Assembly (NCBI GenBank): GCA_963677595.1
Contig: OY782041.1
Span: 3,904,001-3,968,000 of the forward strand
Origin: Spirochaetia bacterium
Lineage (GTDB): Bacteria; Spirochaetota; Spirochaetia; CAKZLE01
DNA: 64,000 nucleotides
Reading direction: 5' to 3'
A program made the position numbers and the translations under genes. The notes under the pieces are model-generated. The model ran no database searches. It saw only the letters and a program-made list of their open reading frames with translations, and was not told the origin of the DNA. How positions within the stretch are numbered: position 1 is the stretch's first letter; the number at the start of each line of letters is the position of its first letter. Shown piece after piece: positions 19,685 to 28,278 of this stretch.

Positions 19685-20874
19685 GCAGACACACTCCTTA
19701 CCTCACCCGCTAGTTGTCGCTGCCTGAGGATCAATGCGGCTATGAATGCAACCAGGGCACCGATCGCGATCCCCATGATCATATAGAACGCATAGGAGAA
19801 CCCGGCGTAATCGACTGCCGCACCGACCAGGGCCCCTGCGGCAGCCCCGCCGACCCCTGTCGCCGACATCATGAAGTTGGAGGCAAGCCCGGTGTTCTTC
19901 GGGTAGAGGTCGATCGTGATGCTCATGATCGTCGGGAAGAGCGGGCCGCTCGAGAGCCCGAGCAGCAGGCTGCAGGCGACAGCTACTGCGGGGACCTTGA
20001 AGGTTGCCATGATGAAGATGAGGATGGCGTCTGCGGCAAGGCAGCAGATCACCAGCAGTTTCTTGTTCTTGTGGATGAAACTCGCGATCAACCTGGCCGG
20101 AATGGTCCCGATCCAGATGAGGGAGACCCCGAGGGAGCCGAGTACCGGGTCATCTAGTTCAGATATGAAGAAGGCCTTGATGAAGCTCTGGATCCCGGTA
20201 TCGATCATGAAGTAGAGGACCATGGCGATGAGCAGCAGGATGAAGGAAGCCGAAAGGATGACCTTGAGGCTCTTCTCCTCTGTATGTGTCGCTTCAGCAT
20301 GGTGTATGAATGATTCTTTATGTTCTATCCTGATCAGCATCCAGATCACTACGACAGCAGCACTGAACAGTGATACGACCGCAAAATGGAATCTCCAGTC
20401 AAGTCCCTCATTGATGATCCGGTTCACGATCAGCGGGGCGATCACGGCGCCTGCACCGACGAGCATCATGGATTGGTTGGAGTATCGATTGCTCTTCCGG
20501 GGATTCTCCGCAGCCAGGGCCGCGATGATCGTCCCCATGAGCAGGCTCGTGGCGCCCCCGATGAGGAGGATGCCGAGCACGAGGATCATGGGTGAGGCTG
20601 ACAGGGCTATCAGGATGCAGCCGGCGATGAAGACCAGCGTGAAGATCGAAACACTCTTCTTCTTGCTGATACGGTCCGTGAGCGGGCCGACGAGCAGCGG
20701 GGTCACGATCGTCGCCGAATAGAGGACGGTGACGAGAAGTCCCATCTGGGTCCCGGAGAGACCGAAATCTTCCGCCATATTATAGAGGAGGGCCTGATAC
20801 CCCCCGATCTCCAGGCCGAGCGCAAAACACAGCAGGTAGCCTGCCGGCACGAACCATCTCTGCGAAATCCTCAT
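19681..20874 (-). CDS. MFS transporter (FucP/TsgA-like)
   Basis: About 12 hydrophobic segments, GPLTDRISKK motif A, GPLFPTI. Confidence 0.8.
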   Translation of the reverse strand: MRISQRWFVPAGYLLCFALGLEIGGYQALLYNMAEDFGLSGTQMGLLVTVLYSATIVTPLLVGPLTDRISKKKSVSIFTLVFIAGCILIALSASPMILVLGILLIGGATSLLMGTIIAALAAENPRKSNRYSNQSMMLVGAGAVIAPLIVNRIINEGLDWRFHFAVVSLFSAAVVVIWMLIRIEHKESFIHHAEATHTEEKSLKVILSASFILLLIAMVLYFMIDTGIQSFIKAFFISELDDPVLGSLGVSLIWIGTIPARLIASFIHKNKKLLVICCLAADAILIFIMATFKVPAVAVACSLLLGLSSGPLFPTIMSITIDLYPKNTGLASNFMMSATGVGGAAAGALVGAAVDYAGFSYAFYMIMGIAIGALVAFIAALILRQRQLAGEVRSVSA

Positions 20875-20921
20875 AGATCCTCCCTCTTCCGGTCAGGGAG
20901 GATCCTCTTACCTGAGGAGTT

Positions 20922-21764
20922 TCACACCGTGCCGGTCGTATTGCAAATCGTAAGCTGTTCCTTCACGAACCCGACAGCAGCAGCGAATGCCGCCTGTGTG
21001 AGCCCGGGATACCGTCTCTCCCCGCTGTTGTACATATCGCCGGCAGCGGCCCCGGCTGCGATCATCAGCCCAGTGAAGATATTCACCTTCTTCACACCGA
21101 GACTGATCGTGTGCCTGATATCATCGGCAGGCAGGCCGGTGGACCCGTGGAGCACCAGGGGAAGGTCGACCGCTTTCGAGATCGCCTCAAGCCGGTCGAA
21201 GTCAAGCTTCGGCTCTTCCCTGAACAGTCCATGCACCGTACCGAATGCCACGGCCAGGGCATCTATCTGCGTACTGTCGGCAAAGCGTACCGCATCCTCT
21301 ACCCTGGTATATTTCGCGCTGTCAGGCATACCCTTGCCGGTAGTGCCCTCAGGCCCGGAGACGTGCCCGATCTCTGCCTCAACGCTCACACCGGCAGCTC
21401 GTGAGAACTCGACGACCCGGTTGGTCAATGCGATGTTCTCATCGATCGGGAGGGCCGACCCATCGAACATGACTGAGGAGCAGCCGTAGCGTATAGCTCT
21501 CTCGGCAGCCTCTATACTGGTCCCATGGTCCAGGTGGAGGGCTGCCGGTATAGTAGAGGCCCTGCAGCGCCCAGCGATAGCCGGGATGACATAGGGAGCA
21601 TAGGGTTTGTGAATGAGACTCCCGATCATGATGATCACCGGGGATCCCGCCTCTTCCGCGGCAGAGAGGATTGCCTCTGCCATGAGGTAGTCCGTGGTCC
21701 CGACAGCGGCGACCGCCGAACCTTCCTCAACCTTCAATATTTCCTGTAATGTTATCAGTCCCAT
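20922..21764 (-). CDS. Class II ketose-bisphosphate aldolase (FbaA/GatY-like)
   Basis: LHLDHG, SVMFDGS, VEAEIG, GTVHG, LVLHGSTG, KVNI. Confidence 0.9.
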   Translation of the reverse strand: MGLITLQEILKVEEGSAVAAVGTTDYLMAEAILSAAEEAGSPVIIMIGSLIHKPYAPYVIPAIAGRCRASTIPAALHLDHGTSIEAAERAIRYGCSSVMFDGSALPIDENIALTNRVVEFSRAAGVSVEAEIGHVSGPEGTTGKGMPDSAKYTRVEDAVRFADSTQIDALAVAFGTVHGLFREEPKLDFDRLEAISKAVDLPLVLHGSTGLPADDIRHTISLGVKKVNIFTGLMIAAGAAAGDMYNSGERRYPGLTQAAFAAAVGFVKEQLTICNTTGTV

Positions 21765-21770
21765 GCCGAC

Positions 21771-21799
21771 AGTATAGTATGTTTCCGCGTTCTGGTGAA
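21771..21799 (-). promoter_or_regulatory. Probable leaderless promoter TTCACC-N17-TATACT, 6 nt before the aldolase ATG
   Basis: agtata 21771-21776, ggtgaa 21794-21799; no SD before ATG 21764. Confidence 0.45.
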
Positions 21800-21852
21800 T
21801 ATATCTTTCACCTGAACTTCTTCAGCATGTGTGTATTGTGTTCATCTTGCTT

Positions 21853-22281
21853 TCAAGGGTCGATCCGGTAGAGGTCTACCCGCTCCTGCACACCGGAGGC
21901 CGACACCAGGAGGATGTTGGCGCAGGGGGTATCCTCAGCAGTCCTGATGAAGAACCGTGCATCCGCAGCCCGCTTCCTGAACTCAGGCAGGTCGGCATAG
22001 CCGATCTCCTGCTTCGTCAGCAATCCCGTGACCTCATCATGCATGTGGGGGTTGGCCGTCTTGACGCACTCCATGAGTACCGCTTCCTGCACGACCATCT
22101 CACCTATGACGGCCTTGAGTGTCTGCATGAGGCCCGGTATGCCCCGAACGAGGGCTAAGTCTATCCTGACTGCGCCCTGTGGAATGGGAAAGCCCATGTC
22201 GCAGATCACGAATGAGTCGAAATGTCCTAAGGCAGTCAATTCCCGAATGAGTCCCGGGTGCAGTATGCCGTCCTTCTTCAT
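21853..22281 (-). CDS. rbsD: D-ribose pyranase / RbsD-FucU family mutarotase
   Basis: MKKxGILH, LGHFD, DMGFPIP, RIDLAL, IRTAE..P.ANILL. Confidence 0.85.
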   Translation of the reverse strand: MKKDGILHPGLIRELTALGHFDSFVICDMGFPIPQGAVRIDLALVRGIPGLMQTLKAVIGEMVVQEAVLMECVKTANPHMHDEVTGLLTKQEIGYADLPEFRKRAADARFFIRTAEDTPCANILLVSASGVQERVDLYRIDP

Positions 22282-22386
22282 CTGTTACCCTCCTGTCCTG
22301 TTTATTATACGCTTCCAGGACAGCGGGATAGGGAGATAAGGCAGCAATGAGATAAGAGCGTAAGGGAACAGGTCCTTGGTAGCGGA

Positions 22387-23148
22387 TCAGCCTGCTACGA
22401 CGACCTCGACGTTGAGCTCTGCCAGGTGCTTCTTCAGTTCCTTGTCCTTGATGGGCTTCGACGTGATGATCATGTCAAGCTCCTCGAACTTGGCAAAGAG
22501 CACCATGCCGGAGACATCGAACTTGCTGGAGTCTGCGAGCAGGATCTTCTTGCTGGCTGACTGGATCATGGCTTTCTTGATACTCGCCTGGAAGGGGGAG
22601 ACACAGGTCAGCCCGTCGGGATGGCGGATCCCCGTCGTCGACAGGAAGAGCAGCGGTGCATGGATCTTCTTCATGAACTCCTCGGCATCAGGACCGATGA
22701 CCGCCTGCTGCCGGTGAGCGAGATACCCGCCCGTGATCGTCGTGGATACATCAGTATTGGCGAACGCGTTGACGATCGCCACGGAGTTCGTCACGACCGA
22801 CAGGTTAGCCTTGTTGACCAGCTGGTTTGCCAGGGCCAGGGTCGTCGTACCGGAATCCATGATGATCGACATGCCGTCATCGACAAGTTCTGCGGCGTAC
22901 TTAGCGATCGCGAGCTTCTCCGATGAGAACATGACGTTCCTCGTCGGGAAGGGGTTCACGATCTTCGCAGCCCCGCGGGTTCGCATGATAGCACCTGTCT
23001 TCTCGAGAAACGTCAGGTCCCGCCTGATCGTTGCCGGTGTCGCGTCGAGCCTCTTGATGATATCCTCTACCAGCATGGTCGATTCCAGTGAGAGCATCTT
23101 GATAATTTCCTGACGTCTGAATTCCGTATGCACTTTTACCACTTCCAA
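22387..23148 (-). CDS. DeoR/GlpR family transcriptional regulator
   Basis: RRQEII...TIRRDL..LE helix-turn-helix, RTRGAA, EKLAIA, DSGTTT, VVTNS, ADSSKF; start codon uncertain. Confidence 0.92.
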   Translation of the reverse strand: MEVVKVHTEFRRQEIIKMLSLESTMLVEDIIKRLDATPATIRRDLTFLEKTGAIMRTRGAAKIVNPFPTRNVMFSSEKLAIAKYAAELVDDGMSIIMDSGTTTLALANQLVNKANLSVVTNSVAIVNAFANTDVSTTITGGYLAHRQQAVIGPDAEEFMKKIHAPLLFLSTTGIRHPDGLTCVSPFQASIKKAMIQSASKKILLADSSKFDVSGMVLFAKFEELDMIITSKPIKDKELKKHLAELNVEVVVAG

Positions 23149-23383
23149 TTCTTTGATTTATAACAGCTCGAATGTTTGCACTTTACAATCAAAAACGAAC
23201 ATATATATTCCCTATTATATGTTCACATCTCAAATAATTCAATTAAATTATTCAAAAATTACCGTATTTCGCTCAGTTACTCGAACGTACCATGATCAAT
23301 TCCCAAAATCTCTATTCTATCTCTCTACCGTACCTCTGGATCCCGCTGAGCCCTCCTTCACATCAAATGATGCATCATTGTAA

Positions 23384-23470
23384 TAATCACTATTTTTCCT
23401 ATAATGATTAATTATTTCTTATTTACGATACGTTATGTGCAAATATACCATGACCATACAGGGCTGTCAA
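23384..23470 (-). promoter_or_regulatory. Promoter TTGACA-N17-TATATT (extended -10) upstream of the DeoR gene, with candidate operator TAATCA-N15-TGATTA
   Basis: tgtcaa 23465-23470, aatata 23442-23447, operator 23384-23410. Confidence 0.6.
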
Positions 23471-23598
23471 TAGGTATCCATACGGCAAGAGGACGTACTC
23501 CCACGGCTGATTTGGGCACGTTCTCGAAAATTATCAGGAAAAAGAACACAGCCTGGTTTTCTATGATAGAATAGGGAAAAAGTGATTTGGAGTGAACC

Positions 23599-24057
23599 AT
23601 GAGATGCCCTCATTGCAGTTCTATGGATGATAAAGTACTCGAGTCCCGACAGAACTCGAGCGGTTCGACGATCAGGCGGCGCCGTGAATGCCTTGCCTGC
23701 GGGTACCGTTACACCTCGTACGAACGTATCGAGGAGAAGCCCCTGATGGTCATCAAGCGTGACGGCAGAAGAGAAGTATTCGACATCCTCAAGCTCGAGC
23801 ACGGCCTGCAGACCTCGCTGCAGAAGCGTGATGTGAGCCAGGAGGTGGTGGAGAACCTCCTCCATGAGATCGAGGATGAGTCGATGATCCTTGCGGGGAG
23901 CAAGCGGGAGGTCTCCTCCCATGAGATCGGGGATCTTGTCTTAAGGAAACTCTATGCGATAGACCCGGTCGCCTATGTACGGTTCGCCTCGGTCTACCGC
24001 ATGTTCGATAATGTCACCCAGTTCATCCAGGAGATCGAGAAGCTCTCCTCGAGTTAA
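23599..24057 (+). CDS. nrdR: Transcriptional repressor NrdR
   Basis: MRCPHC...IRRRREC..C zinc ribbon, ATP cone VIKRDGRRE, AYVRFASVY. Confidence 0.97.
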   Translation: MRCPHCSSMDDKVLESRQNSSGSTIRRRRECLACGYRYTSYERIEEKPLMVIKRDGRREVFDILKLEHGLQTSLQKRDVSQEVVENLLHEIEDESMILAGSKREVSSHEIGDLVLRKLYAIDPVAYVRFASVYRMFDNVTQFIQEIEKLSSS

Positions 24058-24058
24058 G

Positions 24059-25180
24059 TCATTCCATCAGGAACCGGTTGAACTGCTCGTACATATACTT
24101 TGGCGTGATGATCTCATTGACGCAGTCCAGAGCATAGTTGTCGCTCATGCCCACGATATAATCGATGATCAGGTTGTCAAAGGACCCGTCATGCCCCTCA
24201 TAGAAGTCCTCCATCTTCCTGATGTAGTTCCCGAACCTGACGGCTAAGAGGTTCCGCTCAGCCCGGTAGGCCTCCCAGTCCCTGCCGAAGGTGTCGAAGA
24301 TGCCCTGGAGGTACTCATGGATGAGTTTCAGGATCCGCTCGAAATAGGTATGGTAGTCCGCGAGGAGGTGGGATTCATAGATCTTCCGGTAGTTGAACTC
24401 CTTGAGGGCGAACACTGCCTCGAACACCCCGTCAGAGAACCCGAGCTTATCCCGGGAATTGGCACTCTTCACCACATCGTCGACGAGGGTCCCAATGATC
24501 TCACTGTTGGAGGTGCCGAGCCGCTTCCTGACGATTTCGGGAAGCTCATCCCGCCTGATGATCTTCAGCTTCACCGCATCCTCGTAATCACGGCCGAGAT
24601 AGGCGATCTTGTCAGCTACCCGCACGGCTACCCCTTCCCAGGTGGCCGGCAGGATATTCCTGCCGGTGACCGCAGAGAGGTCCTTGACGGTATGGTCAGG
24701 CGAAAGGTACTGCTCGAACTTCTCACCGCAGTGGCTGATGATGCCGTCGCGCACCGCATAGGTGAGGTTGAGTCCCTTACCGTAATAGGCAAGGAAGTCG
24801 ACAACCCGCAGCGAGTAGAGTTCGTGGATGAACCCACCTGCCCTACCGTTGAGCTCTGCGATGATCGTCTCGCCGACATGGCCGAAGGGTGCATGCCCGA
24901 GATCATGACCGAGGCCGATCGCCCAGGCGAGTTCATCATCGAGGTCGAGGCCCTTGCAGATGGAGGCCGCGATCGTGGCGACATGCTGGACATGCTCTAT
25001 CCTCGTGCAGATATGGTCATTGCTCGGGGCGAAGAAGACCTGCGTCTTATGCTTGAGTCTCCGAAACGGATAGGAGTGGATGATCGCCGTCGTATCACGG
25101 AAGTAGGCCCCCCTGAGGTCCTCCTCCTTCTCGACCGAGCGAGCCGTCAGCTGTTCTCCGGGCAGTTCATTGACCAACAT
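24059..25180 (-). CDS. dGTP triphosphohydrolase-like HD-domain protein
   Basis: FRRLKHKTQVF, TRIEH, GHDLGHAPFGHVGE, ADKIAY, DYIVGMSD. Confidence 0.9.
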   Translation of the reverse strand: MLVNELPGEQLTARSVEKEEDLRGAYFRDTTAIIHSYPFRRLKHKTQVFFAPSNDHICTRIEHVQHVATIAASICKGLDLDDELAWAIGLGHDLGHAPFGHVGETIIAELNGRAGGFIHELYSLRVVDFLAYYGKGLNLTYAVRDGIISHCGEKFEQYLSPDHTVKDLSAVTGRNILPATWEGVAVRVADKIAYLGRDYEDAVKLKIIRRDELPEIVRKRLGTSNSEIIGTLVDDVVKSANSRDKLGFSDGVFEAVFALKEFNYRKIYESHLLADYHTYFERILKLIHEYLQGIFDTFGRDWEAYRAERNLLAVRFGNYIRKMEDFYEGHDGSFDNLIIDYIVGMSDNYALDCVNEIITPKYMYEQFNRFLME

Positions 25181-25253
25181 TCTCTCCCCCTTTTACTTGC
25201 TATAACAATAAGTATAATGGTAAGGTGAACATGTATCAATCAGAGGTTTACAC

Positions 25254-26447
25254 ATGAGTACATTCTATATCGATTTATTGAGTATCTTCTTCCTGTTCCT
25301 CACCGCCCTCACCTGTTTCTTCGCGCTCTTCAAGAAGGGGGGCATCTACTGGTTCCTCCCCTTCCTCGCCGCCTCGATACTCTGCGGGCTCAGGATACTC
25401 AAGCTCATCGATCCCGAGTACCTCCCTGCCATCCTGGCCGGCCGGAAACTCTACATCGAGATGATGACCCCGACCGCCCTGCTCCTGCTGTTCCTCAGCA
25501 GCCTCTTCCTCCGGTACGGGATCAGGAACCGGCCGTCTTCAAGGAAGACGGAACGACAGTCTTCCTCACACCACCTCAGCAGTTTCGATGATGACCATAT
25601 CGCGCTTGATCACGGGCAGCCCCATAAAGAGAAGCCGGTCCCCACTCCGGCCGTTCCGGCACGAAGGACAGCGGAACCTGCAGCGTCACCGACCATGATA
25701 TTCGAACCCGATGAACAGGAGCCAGACGTGAATCCCGATGAGTACATCGAGGAGGTCCCGTATGAACCCTACGAGGCAAGCCCGGATGATTCGGTCGAGA
25801 CCCGACAGCTCGAACTCTTCTTCGACCGGCTCGCAGAGGTGACCGGTACCCAGACGATCCGCCATGATGAGGGCTACATCTATATCACGGGTATCAAGCA
25901 CAGCGGGAAGACCACCAAGGGGCGTATGGCAGCGAACATGCTCGATTGTGATTTCCACGACCTCGATGAGCTGATCCTCGACCTCTGTGAGTTCTCACCC
26001 CTGTCGGACCTCTCCATCCGCGAGATCTACTCGGCAGTCGGCAAGGAACGGTTCATGCTCCTCGAGTATGCGACCATGCACCAGTTCATCTTCATGCACC
26101 AGCAGGAGCCCAACGAGAACTCCTCGATCCACCTCATCGCCCTCGGCGGCGGGGCATGCGACAATGCTACTCTCATGGAGCTTCTCCAATGGACCGGCAG
26201 CATCATCTATATCGCGGCCGAGGAAGCAGTCCTCTATTCCAGGATCATCAAAAACGGCATCCCGCCCTTCCTCGATGCATCCGACCCGAGGAAGAGTTTC
26301 CATACCCTCTTCGTGAATCGGGATGCGGCATACCGGGAGGCGGCAGGGTACGTCATAACTTCTTCTCCTGAAGCCCCGGTGGAAGAGGGGGCGAACAGCC
26401 TCTATGAAACCATAGGATCGATCCGCGGAGGGACAGATGAGCAGTAA
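25254..26447 (+). CDS. aroK: Shikimate kinase with an N-terminal three-TM domain and acidic/Pro-rich linker
   Basis: C-terminal GIKHSGKTT P-loop, DLDELI, IREIY..GKERF..LE, ALGGG, RDAAY; directly upstream of aroC. Confidence 0.75.
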   Translation: MSTFYIDLLSIFFLFLTALTCFFALFKKGGIYWFLPFLAASILCGLRILKLIDPEYLPAILAGRKLYIEMMTPTALLLLFLSSLFLRYGIRNRPSSRKTERQSSSHHLSSFDDDHIALDHGQPHKEKPVPTPAVPARRTAEPAASPTMIFEPDEQEPDVNPDEYIEEVPYEPYEASPDDSVETRQLELFFDRLAEVTGTQTIRHDEGYIYITGIKHSGKTTKGRMAANMLDCDFHDLDELILDLCEFSPLSDLSIREIYSAVGKERFMLLEYATMHQFIFMHQQEPNENSSIHLIALGGGACDNATLMELLQWTGSIIYIAAEEAVLYSRIIKNGIPPFLDASDPRKSFHTLFVNRDAAYREAAGYVITSSPEAPVEEGANSLYETIGSIRGGTDEQ

Positions 26448-27492
26448 CACATTCGGCAGTATCGTGACGATCACCACCTTCGGTGAATCACACGGGAAGG
26501 CGATCGGCGTCATCCTCGATGGGATCGAGTCAGGCTTCCCCGTTGACGTGGAAGCGATCCAGCATGAGCTAGACCGGAGGCGTCCGGGCCAGAGCAGCGT
26601 CACCACTCCCCGCAAGGAGTCAGATACCGTAATGGTCCTCTCAGGGCTCTATGAGGGCATGACCCTCGGGACCCCGGTTGCCATGGTCATCCAGAACGCA
26701 GACCAGCACAGCAGGGACTACTCGAACCTGAAGGACCTCTTCAGGCCGGGACATGCTGACTACACCTACCAGGAGAAGTACGGGATCCGCGATCACCGCG
26801 GCGGCGGCCGGTCCTCAGGCCGGGAGACCGCCGCCAGGGTAGCTGCCGGGGCACTCGCCCGGCAAGTGCTCTCTTCCAAGGGGATCGAGATAACCGCCTA
26901 CACGAAGGAGGCTGCCGGTATCGCCTGCTCCACGATCGACTACTCGGTCATCGAGCAGAACATACTGAGGGCACCTGACCTTGATGCGGCAGCTAGTATG
27001 CTCGAACGCATGGAGGATATCATAGACCGGGGAGACAGCTGCGGCGGCATCGTCGAATGCGTTATCAGCGGTGTCCCTGCAGGGCTGGGGGATCCCATGT
27101 TCAAGAAGCTCGATGCTCTTCTCTCCCTGGCGGTCGTCTCCATCGGTGCCGTGAAGGGGATAGAGTTCGGACTCGGCTTCAAGGCAGCAGGCCTGACCGG
27201 TTCCCAGAACAATGACTCCTTCGACGGGGAGCATTGGGGGAACAATGCAGGTGGTATCCTCGGCGGGATCAGCACCGGTGAGGAGATCATCTTCCGATGT
27301 CCGGTCAAACCGACCCCCTCCATCTCGATCGAGCAGCAGACGATGAACAGCGATGGTGAGGTGGAGCTGATCCAGATCAAAGGTCGTCATGACCCCTGCA
27401 TCTGTCCGAGAATCGTCCCCGTGATCGAATCGATGGCAGCCCTGACGCTGCTCGATGCCTATTATGCCCAGTTTGGTAGAGGAAGAGGATGA
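26437..27492 (+). CDS. aroC: Chorismate synthase
   Basis: GESHG, RPGHAD, RGGGRSSGRETA, NNAGGILGG, GRHDPC. Confidence 0.97.
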   Translation: MSSNTFGSIVTITTFGESHGKAIGVILDGIESGFPVDVEAIQHELDRRRPGQSSVTTPRKESDTVMVLSGLYEGMTLGTPVAMVIQNADQHSRDYSNLKDLFRPGHADYTYQEKYGIRDHRGGGRSSGRETAARVAAGALARQVLSSKGIEITAYTKEAAGIACSTIDYSVIEQNILRAPDLDAAASMLERMEDIIDRGDSCGGIVECVISGVPAGLGDPMFKKLDALLSLAVVSIGAVKGIEFGLGFKAAGLTGSQNNDSFDGEHWGNNAGGILGGISTGEEIIFRCPVKPTPSISIEQQTMNSDGEVELIQIKGRHDPCICPRIVPVIESMAALTLLDAYYAQFGRGRG

Positions 27493-28271
27493 GAGTAGGC
27501 TGCTACCAGTTCGAGCCGATTCCCTTCGGCGTTGAGGAGAACTGCACGACCATCAGCAAAATGATCTCTGAAGCAGGTCTAGACCTGCTTGTCTTCCCTG
27601 AACTCTCACTCTCCGGCTACGTCTTCGAGACGGCAGAGGAGCTGTATGCGGTATCTTTGAGGGCAGAAAGCCATCAGTTCAAGCCTGTTCAGGAAGCTGT
27701 GGACCGTTCCGGCTGCGCTGCGGTGATCGGGTTCGCGGAGGCTGGGGAGCAGGATCATACGGTGTACAACAGCTCGATCTGCCTCAAGCCTGGGGAGGTT
27801 CCGACTGTCTACCGGAAGGCCCACCTCTTCGGGACGGAGACCCTCTTCTTCTCACCCGGTGATTCCGGGTTCTTCACCTTCGACTATCTCGACACCAGGA
27901 TTGGGATGCTCGTCTGTTTCGACCACTACTTCCCTGAGGCTGCCAGGTCGCTCATGCTCTCCGGGGCACAGGTGATCTGCCATCCCTCGAACCTCGTGCT
28001 CGAGGGTGCGGCACAGCTCACCACGAGGGTACGGGCCATGGAGAACCGTGTATTCTGGCTGCTTGGGAACCGATGCGGAGCCCAGGGGGAGCTCACCTTC
28101 ACCGGCGGGTCGCAGATCGTCGCCCCGAATGGCGGTATCCTCGCGAATGCCGGCAGGGATACCACAGAACTGATCACCGCGGTGATCGACCCGGGTCTTT
28201 CAGATGACAAGCATATCTCCCGGTACAATGAGATACTGCAAGATCGAAGGACCGACCTCTATTCGACCTGA
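27489..28271 (+). CDS. Nitrilase / carbon-nitrogen hydrolase family protein
   Basis: FPEL, YRKAHL, VCFD Glu-Lys-Cys catalytic triad, RAMEN. Confidence 0.9.
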   Translation: MRVGCYQFEPIPFGVEENCTTISKMISEAGLDLLVFPELSLSGYVFETAEELYAVSLRAESHQFKPVQEAVDRSGCAAVIGFAEAGEQDHTVYNSSICLKPGEVPTVYRKAHLFGTETLFFSPGDSGFFTFDYLDTRIGMLVCFDHYFPEAARSLMLSGAQVICHPSNLVLEGAAQLTTRVRAMENRVFWLLGNRCGAQGELTFTGGSQIVAPNGGILANAGRDTTELITAVIDPGLSDDKHISRYNEILQDRRTDLYST

Positions 28272-28278
28272 AACGCCT

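Noticed and set aside
6830-23148. Lsr (AI-2 uptake) system
   Set aside because: No LsrK kinase, LsrF class I aldolase-like protein, LsrG or SorC-type LsrR is present; the aldolase is class II and the regulator is DeoR/GlpR-type.
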